From contig CAWBVY010000006.1 of assembly GCA_963792415.1 (NCBI GenBank), forward strand, positions 672,001 through 736,000: 64,000 bases of DNA, in the 5' to 3' direction. Under the pieces are notes generated by a model. That model was not told the origin of the DNA. It saw nothing but the letters and a program-made list of their open reading frames with translations, and made no database searches. The translations under genes and the position numbers were made by a program. This stretch comes from Candidatus Deferrimicrobiaceae bacterium (lineage in GTDB: Bacteria; Desulfobacterota; Deferrimicrobia; Deferrimicrobiales; Deferrimicrobiaceae). Within the stretch, counting starts at the first letter, position 1. The number at the start of each line of letters is the position of its first letter. This document shows, piece by piece, positions 34,166 to 44,207 of this stretch.

Positions 34166-34684
34166 TCAGTCTCCTTGGGATGATTCGGTCCGCCCCTGTC
34201 CGACAGCGGCCCGGCAGGCGTCGGGCGGGAAGCCGCGCCCGGCCAGAAACCGGTACGCCTTCGCGGCCCCCTCCCGTCCCGGGGGAATTCCTTCCCGGAA
34301 CTTCCTCCGAAGCGCGATCGCCGCGGTCTCGGCGACCGCCCGGGGGGAAGCGACCTCCCGAAGCGCTTCCTCGACGAGGTCCCGGGAGAAGCGGCGCGAC
34401 GCGAGCTTCCTTGCGATCTTCGCGGGCCCGTACCGCCGATCCTCCTGGTACGAAAGCGCCAGCCGGCGGCACAACGTCGCGTCCTCGAGCAGGCCCAGCT
34501 CTCGCAGGCGCGAGAGGACCGCGGGGATCTCGCCTTCGGCGACCCCCTTGCGCGCGAGCCGCAGGGCCACCTCTCCCTCGCTCAAGGGCCGACGCGCCAC
34601 CATCCCGACGGCGAGCTCGATTCCCCCGCCCGGAGGCCGGCCGGCGCCCGCGCTAGGAGGGCTTCGGGGGACCGCCCTTTTCAA
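34166..34684 (-). CDS. recX: Regulatory protein RecX (start uncertain)
   Basis: RRPLSEGEV, L.ELGLLED, YGPAKI, FLAGRGF; lies between recA/pilT and alaS. Confidence 0.85.
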   Translation of the reverse strand: MKRAVPRSPPSAGAGRPPGGGIELAVGMVARRPLSEGEVALRLARKGVAEGEIPAVLSRLRELGLLEDATLCRRLALSYQEDRRYGPAKIARKLASRRFSRDLVEEALREVASPRAVAETAAIALRRKFREGIPPGREGAAKAYRFLAGRGFPPDACRAAVGQGRTESSQGD

Positions 34685-35780
34685 AATCGTCCCACGTGAG
34701 GTCCGAGGTCGAGGAGACCCCACGGACCCGCAAGGCGAAGTCGTCGGGGTTGCTGGCCTGCCGAAGGGCCTCGTCGAGGGTGACGAGCCCCTCCTTGAGG
34801 AGGGTCAGGAGGGACTGGTCGAAGGTCTGCATCCCGTAGCTCACGAACCCCTGCGCGATCGCCTCCCGGATCTTGCGGGTCTTGTCCTTGTCCTCGATGT
34901 ATTCCCGGATCCGGGCGGTGTTCAGGAGGATCTCCGCGGCGGGGACGCGCCCCTGGCCGTCCGCGCGGGGAAGCAGCCGCTGCGAGATTACCGCCTTGAG
35001 GACGGAGCCCAGCTGCAGGCGGATCTGTTTCTGCTGGAACGGGGGAAACGACGCCACGATCCGGTTGATCGTTTCGGCGGCGTCCATGGTGTGCAGCGTC
35101 GACAGGACGAGGTGCCCCGTTTCCGCGGCGACGATCGCCGTCTCGATCGTCTCGAGGTCGCGCATCTCCCCGACGAGGATCACGTCGGGATCCTGCCGGA
35201 GGGCGCTCTTCAGCGCGTCGGCATACGACGACGTGTCCACCCCGAGCTCCCGCTGGTTGATGATGCTCTTGCCGTCGCGCAGAAGGAACTCGATCGGATC
35301 CTCGATCGTCATGATGTGGCAGCTGCGATGGGTGTTGATGTACTGGACCACCGCCGCAAGCGTGGTGGACTTGCCGCACCCGGTCGTCCCGGTGCAGAGG
35401 ATGAGCCCCCGCTCCTCCAGGGCGATCTTTTCCATCACCTTCGGGAGGTGGAGATCCTCGAAGGTCCTGACCCCGACGGGAACGAGCCGCATCACGATGC
35501 CAGTCGTCCCTCGCTGCTGGAACACGTTGACGCGGAACCGGCCCAGTCCCGGGACGCCGTAGGCGCAGTCGATCTCGTGGCGCTGCTCGAACCGCTCCCT
35601 CTGGCCCCCCTGAAAGACGACCTCCGTCATCGCCGCCAGATCCACGGGCTTCAGCGGCTCGGGGACCTTGAGGGGCACGAGCTTCCCGTTGATCCGGAAG
35701 ACGGGGGGAAGTCCCACCTTGAGGTGCACGTCCGAGGCGCCGTGCTTCGCCGCCGCCTGGAGGATTTCGTTCAGGTCCAA
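34653..35780 (-). CDS. pilT: Type IV pilus twitching ATPase PilT/PilU family
   Basis: [63 protein letters not shown]. Confidence 0.93.
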   Translation of the reverse strand: MDLNEILQAAAKHGASDVHLKVGLPPVFRINGKLVPLKVPEPLKPVDLAAMTEVVFQGGQRERFEQRHEIDCAYGVPGLGRFRVNVFQQRGTTGIVMRLVPVGVRTFEDLHLPKVMEKIALEERGLILCTGTTGCGKSTTLAAVVQYINTHRSCHIMTIEDPIEFLLRDGKSIINQRELGVDTSSYADALKSALRQDPDVILVGEMRDLETIETAIVAAETGHLVLSTLHTMDAAETINRIVASFPPFQQKQIRLQLGSVLKAVISQRLLPRADGQGRVPAAEILLNTARIREYIEDKDKTRKIREAIAQGFVSYGMQTFDQSLLTLLKEGLVTLDEALRQASNPDDFALRVRGVSSTSDLTWDDFEKGGPPKPS

Positions 35781-35784
35781 GGGG

Positions 35785-36813
35785 TCACGCTCCTTCCGTC
35801 GCCGCCTCGCCGGCCCCCACGATCCCGCGCTTCGCGAGGATCTTCTTCGCCAGGTCGCCGGTCATCTCGGGGTGCTCCTTGAGGAACAGGCGGGCGTTCT
35901 CCCGTCCCTGCCCGATCCGCTCCCCGCCGACAGAGTACCACGCACCGCTCTTCTCGACGACGTCCTGCTCCACCCCGAGGTCGAGGATGTCGCCCTCCCG
36001 GGAGATCCCTTCCCCGTAGAGGATGTCGAACTCCGCCTCGCGGAAGGGCGGGGCGAGCTTGTTTTTCACTACCTTGACCCGCGTGCGGCCGCCGATCACG
36101 GAGTCGTCCTTCTTGATCTGGGCGATCCGGCGGATGTCCAGCCGGACGGTGGCGTAGAACTTGAGCGCGTTGCCCCCGGTGGTGGTCTCGGGATTGCCGA
36201 ACATGACCCCGATCTTCTGCCGGATCTGGTTGATGAAGATGATCGCGGTCCGGGACTTGCTGATCGTCCCGGTGAGCTTGCGCAGCGCCTGGGACATGAG
36301 GCGCGCCTGGAGCCCCATGTGGGCGTCCCCCATCTCCCCCTCGATCTCCGCCTTCGGGACCAGGGCGGCGACGGAGTCGACCACCAACACGTCGAGCGCG
36401 CCGCTGCGTACGAGCATCTCCGCGATCTCGAGGGCCTGCTCCCCCGTGTCGGGCTGGGAGATCAGGAGATCCTCCGTGGAGATCCCCAGCTTTCTCGCAT
36501 ACGAAAGATCGAGGGCGTGCTCCGCGTCGATGAACCCGGCGATCCCCCCGGTCCGTTGCGCCTCTGCGATGACGTGAAGGGCCAGCGTCGTCTTCCCGGA
36601 CGATTCCGGCCCAAAGATCTCCGTGACGCGTCCCCGCGGGATCCCGCCGATGCCGAGGGCGGCGTCGAGGGAGATCGCGCCGGTGGAGATGATGGGGACG
36701 ATCTCGACGGGGGCATCCGACCCCAGTCGCATGATCGATCCCTTGCCGTAATTCTTCTCGATCGCCGCGACGGCCATGTCGAGCGCCTTCCGGCGGCCTG
36801 TATCCTGGCTCAT
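35785..36813 (-). CDS. recA: Recombinase RecA
   Basis: [35 protein letters not shown]. Confidence 0.99.
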   Translation of the reverse strand: MSQDTGRRKALDMAVAAIEKNYGKGSIMRLGSDAPVEIVPIISTGAISLDAALGIGGIPRGRVTEIFGPESSGKTTLALHVIAEAQRTGGIAGFIDAEHALDLSYARKLGISTEDLLISQPDTGEQALEIAEMLVRSGALDVLVVDSVAALVPKAEIEGEMGDAHMGLQARLMSQALRKLTGTISKSRTAIIFINQIRQKIGVMFGNPETTTGGNALKFYATVRLDIRRIAQIKKDDSVIGGRTRVKVVKNKLAPPFREAEFDILYGEGISREGDILDLGVEQDVVEKSGAWYSVGGERIGQGRENARLFLKEHPEMTGDLAKKILAKRGIVGAGEAATEGA

Positions 36814-37406
36814 GTTTCCTTCTCCTCTCGTGTTTCCCGCTTCTCGGAGCCTTCGAGGCGAAAATCGCACAGCGGGGTATGGACCGCCCCCCCCGGCCCC
36901 AGGCGGCTTTCGTACAACGTAAAGGACGACACGGGAACGATGCCGAATCTTTTCCCGGAAAGCGCCTGGACAAACCGCTCTCCCCACGCTGGAGGGAGCG
37001 CCCCGCGGGTACGCCCGACCGTGATGTGCGGGTGGAACGGACGGTCCTCCCGGGGAAACCCGGCCCCCGCAAGGGCGTTCCCCATATTCTGTTGCAACTG
37101 CCTTACCAATTCAAGCGGTTCAAGGAACCCGACCCAAAAGATTCGCGGGTTTCTGGTGCCGGGAAAGGCTCCCCCCCCCTCCGCCGTCAGGGAGGACGGA
37201 CCGATTCCGTTCGCCACGACCCGCATCGACCGTTCGACGATCGCCACCCGCTCCGGTAAAATTTCACCCAGGAAATTCAAGGTGATGTGGAGGTTCTCCG
37301 GTGCCGTCCACGCGACGGGGGCATGGAGGCCACGGGCCTGCGCGATCGCCGACACGATGGCCTCGCGGGTAGCGGCGGGAAGACCGATGCCGAGGAACGC
37401 TCTCAT
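36810..37406 (-). CDS. thpR: RNA 2',3'-cyclic phosphodiesterase (2H family)
   Basis: HITL and HITV motifs, GAFP, LYES. Confidence 0.92.
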   Translation of the reverse strand: MRAFLGIGLPAATREAIVSAIAQARGLHAPVAWTAPENLHITLNFLGEILPERVAIVERSMRVVANGIGPSSLTAEGGGAFPGTRNPRIFWVGFLEPLELVRQLQQNMGNALAGAGFPREDRPFHPHITVGRTRGALPPAWGERFVQALSGKRFGIVPVSSFTLYESRLGPGGAVHTPLCDFRLEGSEKRETREEKET

Positions 37407-37912
37407 TCCCCCTCCGCGACGGCGGTTCGCAGAACGTCGATTGCGGCGCCCAGCGAGGCCCTGACGGTTTCCCGGCGGACCGCCTCGCGGCCTCCGGAAA
37501 ACCGGAACCGGTGCGCATACCGCACCCCGCCCGGGGCAACGACGGCCACCCAGACCGTCCCCACCGGCTTTCCGCGACTCCCGCCTCCGGGCCCCGCCAC
37601 GCCGGTGACCGCGATCGCAAGGTCCGACAGGAAGAGGGAGAGGGCCCCTTCCGCCATGGCAAGCGCCACCTCGCGGCTCACTGCGCCTCGCTCGGCGATC
37701 AGGCCGGGCGGAACGGCCAGCAGCGAGATCTTCGCGGAATTGCCGTACGCAAGGATGCCGCCGGAAAAATAGCGGGAACTCCCGGGGATCGAGGTGATCG
37801 CCCCCCCCAACAGCCCCCCCGTGCACGATTCCGCAACGGCAACGGTTTTTCCGGAGGCGGACAACGCCTCTCCAAGCAACCTCGCCGCCGAGGAGGTCAG
37901 CCGATCAGCCAA
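37403..37912 (-). CDS. pncC: CinA C-terminal domain / NMN deamidase
   Basis: AVAESCTGG, GSSRYF, GAVS, TGVAGP, KPVGTV. Confidence 0.9.
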   Translation of the reverse strand: MADRLTSSAARLLGEALSASGKTVAVAESCTGGLLGGAITSIPGSSRYFSGGILAYGNSAKISLLAVPPGLIAERGAVSREVALAMAEGALSLFLSDLAIAVTGVAGPGGGSRGKPVGTVWVAVVAPGGVRYAHRFRFSGGREAVRRETVRASLGAAIDVLRTAVAEGE

Positions 37913-38385
37913 GTGATCCCCCGGTACGCGAGTCCCGCGCACACCCCTGCCGCCAGGTCGTCCGCCACCACGTAGACGGCTCCCCTGCGGGCGTCGAGCC
38001 ACGCCGCGGGCCCGAATTTGAACACGTCGAAGACCCGGAACAGCAGGAAGAGCAGGAGGACGGGACGAACTCCCCAAGGGACGCCGGTGGCCGCAAGCAG
38101 CATCCCCGCGATCTCGTCGATGACCACGGATCCGGGGTCCGGACATCCCGTCGCGGCGATCTCCTCCCGGGCGGCGGGGATGGAAACGAGGAGCACCGCG
38201 CACAGGAGGAGAAGATGGCGCACCCCCCATCCGCCGGACCAGTACCAGAGGGGCAGGGCGACCAGGGTCCCCGCCGTCCCGGGGGCAACGGGAAACCGGC
38301 CCGCTCCGAACCCCGTGGCGACGGCGCGCAACCCTCCGCGAACCCACCGGTTTCCTCGAAAACGATTGACTTGTACAGCGCCCAT
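37897..38385 (-). CDS. pgpA: Phosphatidylglycerophosphatase A
   Basis: PVAPGTAGT, DPGSVVIDE, FRVFDVFK, DDLAAG. Confidence 0.93.
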   Translation of the reverse strand: MGAVQVNRFRGNRWVRGGLRAVATGFGAGRFPVAPGTAGTLVALPLWYWSGGWGVRHLLLLCAVLLVSIPAAREEIAATGCPDPGSVVIDEIAGMLLAATGVPWGVRPVLLLFLLFRVFDVFKFGPAAWLDARRGAVYVVADDLAAGVCAGLAYRGITWLIG

Positions 38386-38436
38386 GTCGGATATTTACTA
38401 CTGTATGTCAATAAAACCCCATTTTCCAACGATGGA

Positions 38437-40017
38437 ATGACCGAGCCTCCGGCAACTTCGGACGACCTTTTCCTGCAGCGGCTCGCGCAGGCAGTCACCG
38501 ATTTCGCCAAAGGGATCAAAAGCGCGAGCTTTTATCCCGCCGGCCATCCTGCCCTGCTGCAAGGCGTCGCGAAGATCATCCAGCTGTTCGAGGCGATCCC
38601 CCTGCCCGAAGAAGGCCTTTCGATCGACGTCACGAAGAACGCCCTCCTTTACCGGGACGTCCCGCTGCCCGCCGGGGGAAACAAGGCGCTCCTGGACCTC
38701 AACCGGGAGCTGTACCTGCGGCGCGCGGCGCGGATCATCTTTCTTCCCAACCTCCAGCCGGACGAGGTCGTTTCGTGTCTCAAGGCCATCACGCTGGATC
38801 CGGAGGAAATCCAGGACGCCGGTGGGCTCGAGCAGATCCTGCTGCGGGAGAAAGTGACGCGGATCTGGGCAAACCGGGTGGACTACGGCAAACTCACGCA
38901 ACTCCTGAAGGAGGAGGAATTCGAGGAGATCCGGCCCGAGGAAATCACCGATGACCTGCCCGTGGTCTCGGTTGACCCGATGCAGGACGATGCGCCGCCC
39001 GAGGAAATCGTGACGATCGAAACCTTGATCGCGCGGATCGCGAAGGAGACCGACCCCTCCGCCTACCGCGGGCACATCGTGGAGTTCTCGCGGTTCCTCC
39101 CGGCGGAACGCGCCGAGCGGAAGATCGAATTCTCGGCGCAGGCGATCGCGATCTTCGTCCGGCACATCAAGACTCCTCCCGGGGGAAACGCCGAGATCGC
39201 GGGACTCGCCCGCCTCGGGATCAAGGAGGTGGCCTCGGAAGAACTGGTGGAGCATTACATCGGCCTGCTCAAGAAGCGCGGAGCCCGTGGCCGCGGGGAG
39301 ACCGATGCGGTGCTCGTCGCGCTGGAGGAGCGCTCCGTCGGGCCCCTGCTCCAGGCCCTGGCCGAGGAGGAGGACCTGCTCGTCCGGAAGGCGATCGTCG
39401 AGATCGTGACGCGGATCGGAAGGATCGCCGTCCCCATGGTCCTGGAGAACCTGACCGACACCCGCTGGTACATGGTGCGAAACATGATCACCATCCTCGG
39501 CACCCTCGGGATGCCCGACCTCGCCCCGCACGTCGCCGCCACGCTTTCCCACCCCGACCTGCGGGTGAAGAAGGAGGCGATCAAGGCGCTCTCGAGGATC
39601 CCCCACCCTTCCGCCGTCACCGCCCTCTGCGATCTCTGCTTCTTCCCCGAGGAAACGGTGGCCCTCACCGCCACCGGCGCCCTGTCGTTGAAGAAGGAAA
39701 CGGAGGCGGTCGTCGCCCTGTACCGCCGGGCTACGGCCAAACGCATCCTCTACCCGAACTACAGACTGGCCCACGAGGCGATCGACTCTCTCCGGGCGAT
39801 CGGGACCGACGAGTCGGTCACCGCCCTCGAGGAGATTCTCGCCCTGCAGTCCCCGTGGTCCACAAATAAGTTCCGGGCGATGAAATTCCACGCTCTCCGG
39901 AGCATCTCAAAGATCAGGGGAGAGCGTTCGGAGGAGGTCCTGGAGCGGACCCGGCGTTCCGCCGACCGGTCGCTCCGAGACGAGGTCGAGCGTATACTCG
40001 CAAGACGCGTGACGTGA
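38437..40017 (+). CDS. HEAT-repeat protein with N-terminal YPxxHP region
   Basis: WYMVRN, HPDLRVKKEAIKAL and other HEAT-like repeats; N-terminal FYPAGHP. Confidence 0.85.
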   Translation: MTEPPATSDDLFLQRLAQAVTDFAKGIKSASFYPAGHPALLQGVAKIIQLFEAIPLPEEGLSIDVTKNALLYRDVPLPAGGNKALLDLNRELYLRRAARIIFLPNLQPDEVVSCLKAITLDPEEIQDAGGLEQILLREKVTRIWANRVDYGKLTQLLKEEEFEEIRPEEITDDLPVVSVDPMQDDAPPEEIVTIETLIARIAKETDPSAYRGHIVEFSRFLPAERAERKIEFSAQAIAIFVRHIKTPPGGNAEIAGLARLGIKEVASEELVEHYIGLLKKRGARGRGETDAVLVALEERSVGPLLQALAEEEDLLVRKAIVEIVTRIGRIAVPMVLENLTDTRWYMVRNMITILGTLGMPDLAPHVAATLSHPDLRVKKEAIKALSRIPHPSAVTALCDLCFFPEETVALTATGALSLKKETEAVVALYRRATAKRILYPNYRLAHEAIDSLRAIGTDESVTALEEILALQSPWSTNKFRAMKFHALRSISKIRGERSEEVLERTRRSADRSLRDEVERILARRVT

Positions 40018-40032
40018 GAGGGGGGGATTGAC

Positions 40033-41421
40033 GTGGATCGAAGACAGATGGAGACCGCCATCGCCGGGGTCGTCCGTTCCCTTGGGGCATCGCTGAAAAA
40101 TCTTGGGCTGTACCCGCCAACGCACCCACTGGTCCGAACGCCTGTGGAAAAGTGCCACGTGGAGCTCGCTCCGTTCTTCGCCGACCGGCAGGAGCTGGCC
40201 CTCACCGTCGCGGACGGAACCCTCGTCCTCGAGGGGGTCCCGATCTTCCAGTTGACCTCGTCCCTCGAACTCTTCATGGCGCGGCTCGGGGCCATCGGGC
40301 TTCCCGCCGTCATCTTCGAACGCGGCGTATCTGTCGCAGACATCGAGCTGTTCGTCCGGTTCCTGCACGAGACGAAGGAACAGGGGCTGCCGATCCCGGA
40401 GATCACGTCGCGCCTCGCCCTTTGGGGAGTCACCCACATCCGGGTCACCGCGACCGACGCAGAGGAGAAGGACGACTTCACCCTCGCCCGGGAGATTTAC
40501 GGAAATGCCTTGAATGTCGTGGTCCGGGCCCTGAAGGATGTGCGGAGCGGGAAAACACCGGACGGCGCGGAATCCGACCAGGCGGTCCGGGAGATGAGCG
40601 GAATGGTCTCGCGGAACCGCGACGCCATGCTGGCCCTGACACTGATCAAGAACTTCGACGAATACACCTACAACCATTCCGTGAACGTCTCCGTGCTCTC
40701 CCTGGCCATGGCCGAGACCCTCGGGCTGCCCGATACCGAACGGATCGGCGTCGGGGTCGCCGGCCTGCTCCACGACGTCGGAAAGACGCAACTCGCCCTC
40801 GACCTCATCCGGAAGCCCGGAACCTTGACGGTCCTAGAGTTCGAGGAAATCAAGAAGCATCCCGAGGAGGGGTTCGCCATCCTCGGAAAGATGACCCACA
40901 TCCAGGAAACGACGCGCGCCGTCGTGCGGGAACACCACATGCGGTTCGACCGCACCGGCTACCCGCGACCCGAGCCGGAGTACCGGATCAACCCGCACTC
41001 CCACGTCATCGCCGTCGCCGACTGCTACGACGCGCTGACGACCATGCGCACCTACCAGAAGGCGCGGTCACCCCGGCAGGCGCTTGAGATCATGAAGAAA
41101 CTTGCGGGAAAATCGCTCGATCCGGACCTTGTGGAACTGATGGAGCAATCCCTCGGGGTCTATCCCGTGGGAACCATGGTGCGGCTGAGCACGATGGAGG
41201 TCGGAGTCGTGACCGGAACCCCGGACGGGGGAAAGGGCGAGCCGAAGGTGGCGATCCTGTTCGACCGGTCGGGGAACCCGTTGGCCGCCCCGCAGGAGGT
41301 GGACCTGAAGGAGCCCGACCCGTCCTCGGCACGGCCCCGCCGGATGATCCTCGGGACCGTCAACCCGCTGATGCACCCGCCCGTGTCCACGAGCGGAATC
41401 CTGCAGGCCATCTCGGGGTAA
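40033..41421 (+). CDS. HD-GYP cyclic-dinucleotide phosphodiesterase
   Basis: YTYNHS, LLHDVGK, HP..G, HHMRFDRTGYP, ADCYDALTTMRTYQK. Confidence 0.93.
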   Translation: MDRRQMETAIAGVVRSLGASLKNLGLYPPTHPLVRTPVEKCHVELAPFFADRQELALTVADGTLVLEGVPIFQLTSSLELFMARLGAIGLPAVIFERGVSVADIELFVRFLHETKEQGLPIPEITSRLALWGVTHIRVTATDAEEKDDFTLAREIYGNALNVVVRALKDVRSGKTPDGAESDQAVREMSGMVSRNRDAMLALTLIKNFDEYTYNHSVNVSVLSLAMAETLGLPDTERIGVGVAGLLHDVGKTQLALDLIRKPGTLTVLEFEEIKKHPEEGFAILGKMTHIQETTRAVVREHHMRFDRTGYPRPEPEYRINPHSHVIAVADCYDALTTMRTYQKARSPRQALEIMKKLAGKSLDPDLVELMEQSLGVYPVGTMVRLSTMEVGVVTGTPDGGKGEPKVAILFDRSGNPLAAPQEVDLKEPDPSSARPRRMILGTVNPLMHPPVSTSGILQAISG

Positions 41422-41428
41422 CTACGGC

Positions 41429-42007
41429 TCAGGAGGGCAGGGACGCCGACCAACCCCCCAGTGCCTCCGCCACCGCGGCGCGAACGGTTTCGTTCGGGTC
41501 CCCGGCGCGCGACAGGATCTTTTCCCACCCCGGGCCGTCGCACAAGCGGGAGAACGCCTTGGTCGCCTTCGCCCGGACCTCCGGTTCGGGGTGGTCGAGG
41601 AACCTCTCGACGTGCGGGGCCAGTTCCCTCCGTCCGGAAGCTCCCAGCGTCTCGAGAAGATTGCCGAGAACCACTCCCCGCTCCCGCGGGAGCATCTCCC
41701 ACAGGGACTTGATCACGCCCGGCGAGGGGAACGAGGATAACGCCCGCACGGCCGCTCCCCGGATCTCCGTCTCCTTGTCCGAAAGTGCCTGAAGGAGAAG
41801 GGAAACCCCTTCCGATCCGCCCAAATCCTCGGCGGCATGGATCACGCGGAGTTTCTCCTCGACGGTGCCACCCTGGATCTTGGACCGGAACTCCTCCATC
41901 GATCGCTTCGCGAAGGTACGATCCATCGACCCGGACGCGGCTTCCCGCACCGCCGCGGAGGGGTCCGACAGCAGTTTGCCCAGCACCTCCTCGATCCGCT
42001 CCATCAT
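41429..42007 (-). CDS. HEAT-repeat protein
   Basis: LSDPSAAVREAA, LSDKETEIRGAA, LDHPEPEVRAKA, DPNETVRAAVA. Confidence 0.85.
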   Translation of the reverse strand: MMERIEEVLGKLLSDPSAAVREAASGSMDRTFAKRSMEEFRSKIQGGTVEEKLRVIHAAEDLGGSEGVSLLLQALSDKETEIRGAAVRALSSFPSPGVIKSLWEMLPRERGVVLGNLLETLGASGRRELAPHVERFLDHPEPEVRAKATKAFSRLCDGPGWEKILSRAGDPNETVRAAVAEALGGWSASLPS

Positions 42008-42111
42008 TTTCCGTTTCCCCCGCCTTCTCTCGGGCGCCGTCGGGACGACCGGCCCCGGATCCCGTAGCGAATAGTCTTACCGGAAGGGGATCGGTTCGTC
42101 AATCCGGCCGG

Positions 42112-42141
42112 TTGACGATGGCGGCGGCCCGAACGTACACT
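42112..42141 (+). promoter_or_regulatory. Putative sigma70 promoter of ruvX-mltG
   Basis: TTGACG-18 nt-TACACT. Confidence 0.6.
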
Positions 42142-42156
42142 CAAATCGGAGGGAGC

Positions 42157-42594
42157 ATGGGAGACAAGATCACCGGGGAGAGGATTCTCGGGCTGGATTA
42201 CGGAAGCCGCCGGATCGGGATGGCCGTGTCCGATCCCCTGGGGTTGACCGCACAACCCCTCCCCCCGATCCCGAGGGAGGGGGACAGGAAGGATATCGTC
42301 GTCCTCGCCCGCCTCGCGGCGGACATCGGGGTGACGTCGGTGGTGCTCGGCCTCCCCCTTCTCCTCAACGGCGACGAGGGACCCGCTGCGGTCCGGGCGA
42401 GGGCCTTCGGAGAACGATTACAGTCCGAAACCTCCCTGCCGGTGACGATGTGGGACGAGCGACTGACCTCGGTGCAGTCCGAACGGCACCTCATCGCTTC
42501 CGGCGTGCGGAGGGAGGACCGGAAGGGGATCCGGGACAGCCTCTCGGCCATGTTCCTGCTCCAGGCCGCCCTGGACTCCCGGCGCCGGAAATGA
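42157..42594 (+). CDS. ruvX: YqgF/RuvX RNase H-fold nuclease
   Basis: ILGLDYGSRRIGMAVSD, VLGLP, WDERLTS. Confidence 0.95.
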   Translation: MGDKITGERILGLDYGSRRIGMAVSDPLGLTAQPLPPIPREGDRKDIVVLARLAADIGVTSVVLGLPLLLNGDEGPAAVRARAFGERLQSETSLPVTMWDERLTSVQSERHLIASGVRREDRKGIRDSLSAMFLLQAALDSRRRK

Positions 42595-43613
42595 ACATCG
42601 CCGCCGACGGTCCCCGTCGCATCGGCCGGGGCGTGGCCCTCGCACTACTGGCGGTGGCGCTCGTTGCCGCCTTCTTCCTCTTCGATACGTACCCGACCGG
42701 AAACTGGGAGGGGAAACTGGTGCTCATTCCGAAGGGGAGCCGGCTTCCCGGGGTGATCGGAATCCTTCGGGAGAATGGGATCCTCCCCCACCCGGTGGCG
42801 TTCCGTGCGCTCGTGCTCCTGACGGGCTCCGGGCGGCAGATCCGCTACGGGGAGTACGTCTTCGCGACGCCCCCGTCGGCCTTCGACACGTGGCGGAGAC
42901 TGACCCGCGGGGACGTCATCAAACACGAGGTGACGGTGCCCCCGGGGGCGAACCTCTACGACATCGCGAAGTTGCTGGAGAAGGAAAAGCTGGTCCCGGC
43001 AGAGTTGTTCCTCGCCGCCGCCTCCTCGCCCGACGTTCTCCGGCGGCTGGGGATCCCGGGGGAGAGCGCGGAGGGGTATCTCTTCCCCGATCGATACTTC
43101 TTCGTGAAGCCCGTAACGCCGGAGGAGATCCTCGAGTTCATGGTGCGGCAGTTTCGCAGGAAAATCCCCCCGGATGCGGAAAAGCATGCGGGGGAGATGG
43201 ACCTTTCCCTGCACCAGATCGTGACGATTGCCTCCATCATCGAGAAGGAGACCGGGGTGGAGGGGGAGAAGCCGATCGTGTCGGCGGTCATCCGGAGACG
43301 CCTGGCCATCGGCATGCCGCTCCAGATGGACCCGACGGTGATCTACGGGGTGAAGCGGTTCGACGGGACGGTGACGCGAAAGGATCTGCGGACGGCGGGA
43401 CCGTACAACACCTACCTGAACCTGGGGCTGCCCCCGGGGCCGATCGCCAACCCGGGGCTCGCGTCGCTCGCCGCCGCGCTGAACCCGTCGAATACGGAGT
43501 ACCTTTACTTCGTGTCGAAAAACGACGGGTCCCACACGTTCTCACGTACGCTTGCGGAGCATAACCGCGCGGTGGAGCAGTTCCGGCGGGCCGTTCGGGA
43601 GGACGAGGAATAG
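42591..43613 (+). CDS. mltG: Endolytic transglycosylase MltG
   Basis: EGYLFPD, ASIIEKE, LQMDPTVIY, YNTY, GLPPGPIANPG, YLYFV. Confidence 0.96.
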   Translation: MNIAADGPRRIGRGVALALLAVALVAAFFLFDTYPTGNWEGKLVLIPKGSRLPGVIGILRENGILPHPVAFRALVLLTGSGRQIRYGEYVFATPPSAFDTWRRLTRGDVIKHEVTVPPGANLYDIAKLLEKEKLVPAELFLAAASSPDVLRRLGIPGESAEGYLFPDRYFFVKPVTPEEILEFMVRQFRRKIPPDAEKHAGEMDLSLHQIVTIASIIEKETGVEGEKPIVSAVIRRRLAIGMPLQMDPTVIYGVKRFDGTVTRKDLRTAGPYNTYLNLGLPPGPIANPGLASLAAALNPSNTEYLYFVSKNDGSHTFSRTLAEHNRAVEQFRRAVREDEE

Positions 43614-43621
43614 CCCCCCTC

Positions 43622-43743
43622 CCCCACTCCCGGACGAACGGCACTCCCTGGGGTACCCTCACAACGGAAAAGTCGTCGGGCACCCCACTCCCGGACGAAC
43701 GGCACTCCCTGGGGTACCCTCACAACGGAAAAGTGATCGGGCA
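43622..43743 (+). repeat. Dispersed repeat, pair 3 (two tandem 61-bp units) between convergent mltG and dksA
   Basis: CCCCACTCCCGGACGAACGGCACTCCCTGGGGTACCCTCACAACGGAAAAGT(CG/GA)TCGGGCA x2, 59/61 identical. Confidence 0.95.
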
Positions 43744-44142
43744 TTACTCCTCGACGTCCGCGACCGGGACCTTCCGGATCCCGTCCTCCGATTCCTCGCG
43801 GGTGTACTTCTCCTCCCTCTCGTTCTTCTCCTGACACTCCACGCAATTTTTCGCGAACGGCAGCACCTTGAGGCGCGCCCTCGGGATCTTGATGCCGCAC
43901 TCCTCGCAAAGCCCGTAGGTGTTCTCGTCGATCCGGTCGATCGCGTCGTCGATCTGGGCCAGCTTCCTCTTCTCCCGATCGGTCAGGATCAGGTCCAGTT
44001 CGCGGGTCCGCTCCTCGGACACCGAGTCGAGGATGTCGCCGATGTCCTGCACCGCGGATTCCGTGCTGGCCTTGGAGCGCCGGCCGATCTCCAGAACGAG
44101 TTCCTCCCGCTTCTTCACCAGCATCTCCCTGATCGCCTTCAT
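43744..44142 (-). CDS. dksA: DksA/TraR family C4 zinc-finger protein
   Basis: Coiled coil with DILD tip, YGLCEECG..I...RL...P....CVECQ. Confidence 0.88.
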   Translation of the reverse strand: MKAIREMLVKKREELVLEIGRRSKASTESAVQDIGDILDSVSEERTRELDLILTDREKRKLAQIDDAIDRIDENTYGLCEECGIKIPRARLKVLPFAKNCVECQEKNEREEKYTREESEDGIRKVPVADVEE

Positions 44143-44179
44143 GTCGGGGCCCGCCTCTGCCAGGAAATAAAATTGAATA

Positions 44180-44207
44180 AGTATACCCGGGGACCGACCG
44201 GAGTCAA
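44180..44207 (-). promoter_or_regulatory. sigma70 promoter of dksA-like gene
   Basis: TTGACT-16 nt-TATACT followed by AT-rich sequence. Confidence 0.65.

Noticed and set aside
38365-38412. LexA/SOS box upstream of the pgpA-recA operon
   Set aside because: TACTGTATG is only a half-site with no ACAG at the right spacing; the imperfect ATTGAC...GTCAAT inverted repeat may just be two opposed -35-like hexamers
43622-43743. The 61-bp repeats as a CRISPR or guide-RNA array
   Set aside because: Only two units per locus, variable segments are related or identical rather than unique spacers, and no cas or other effector gene is nearby
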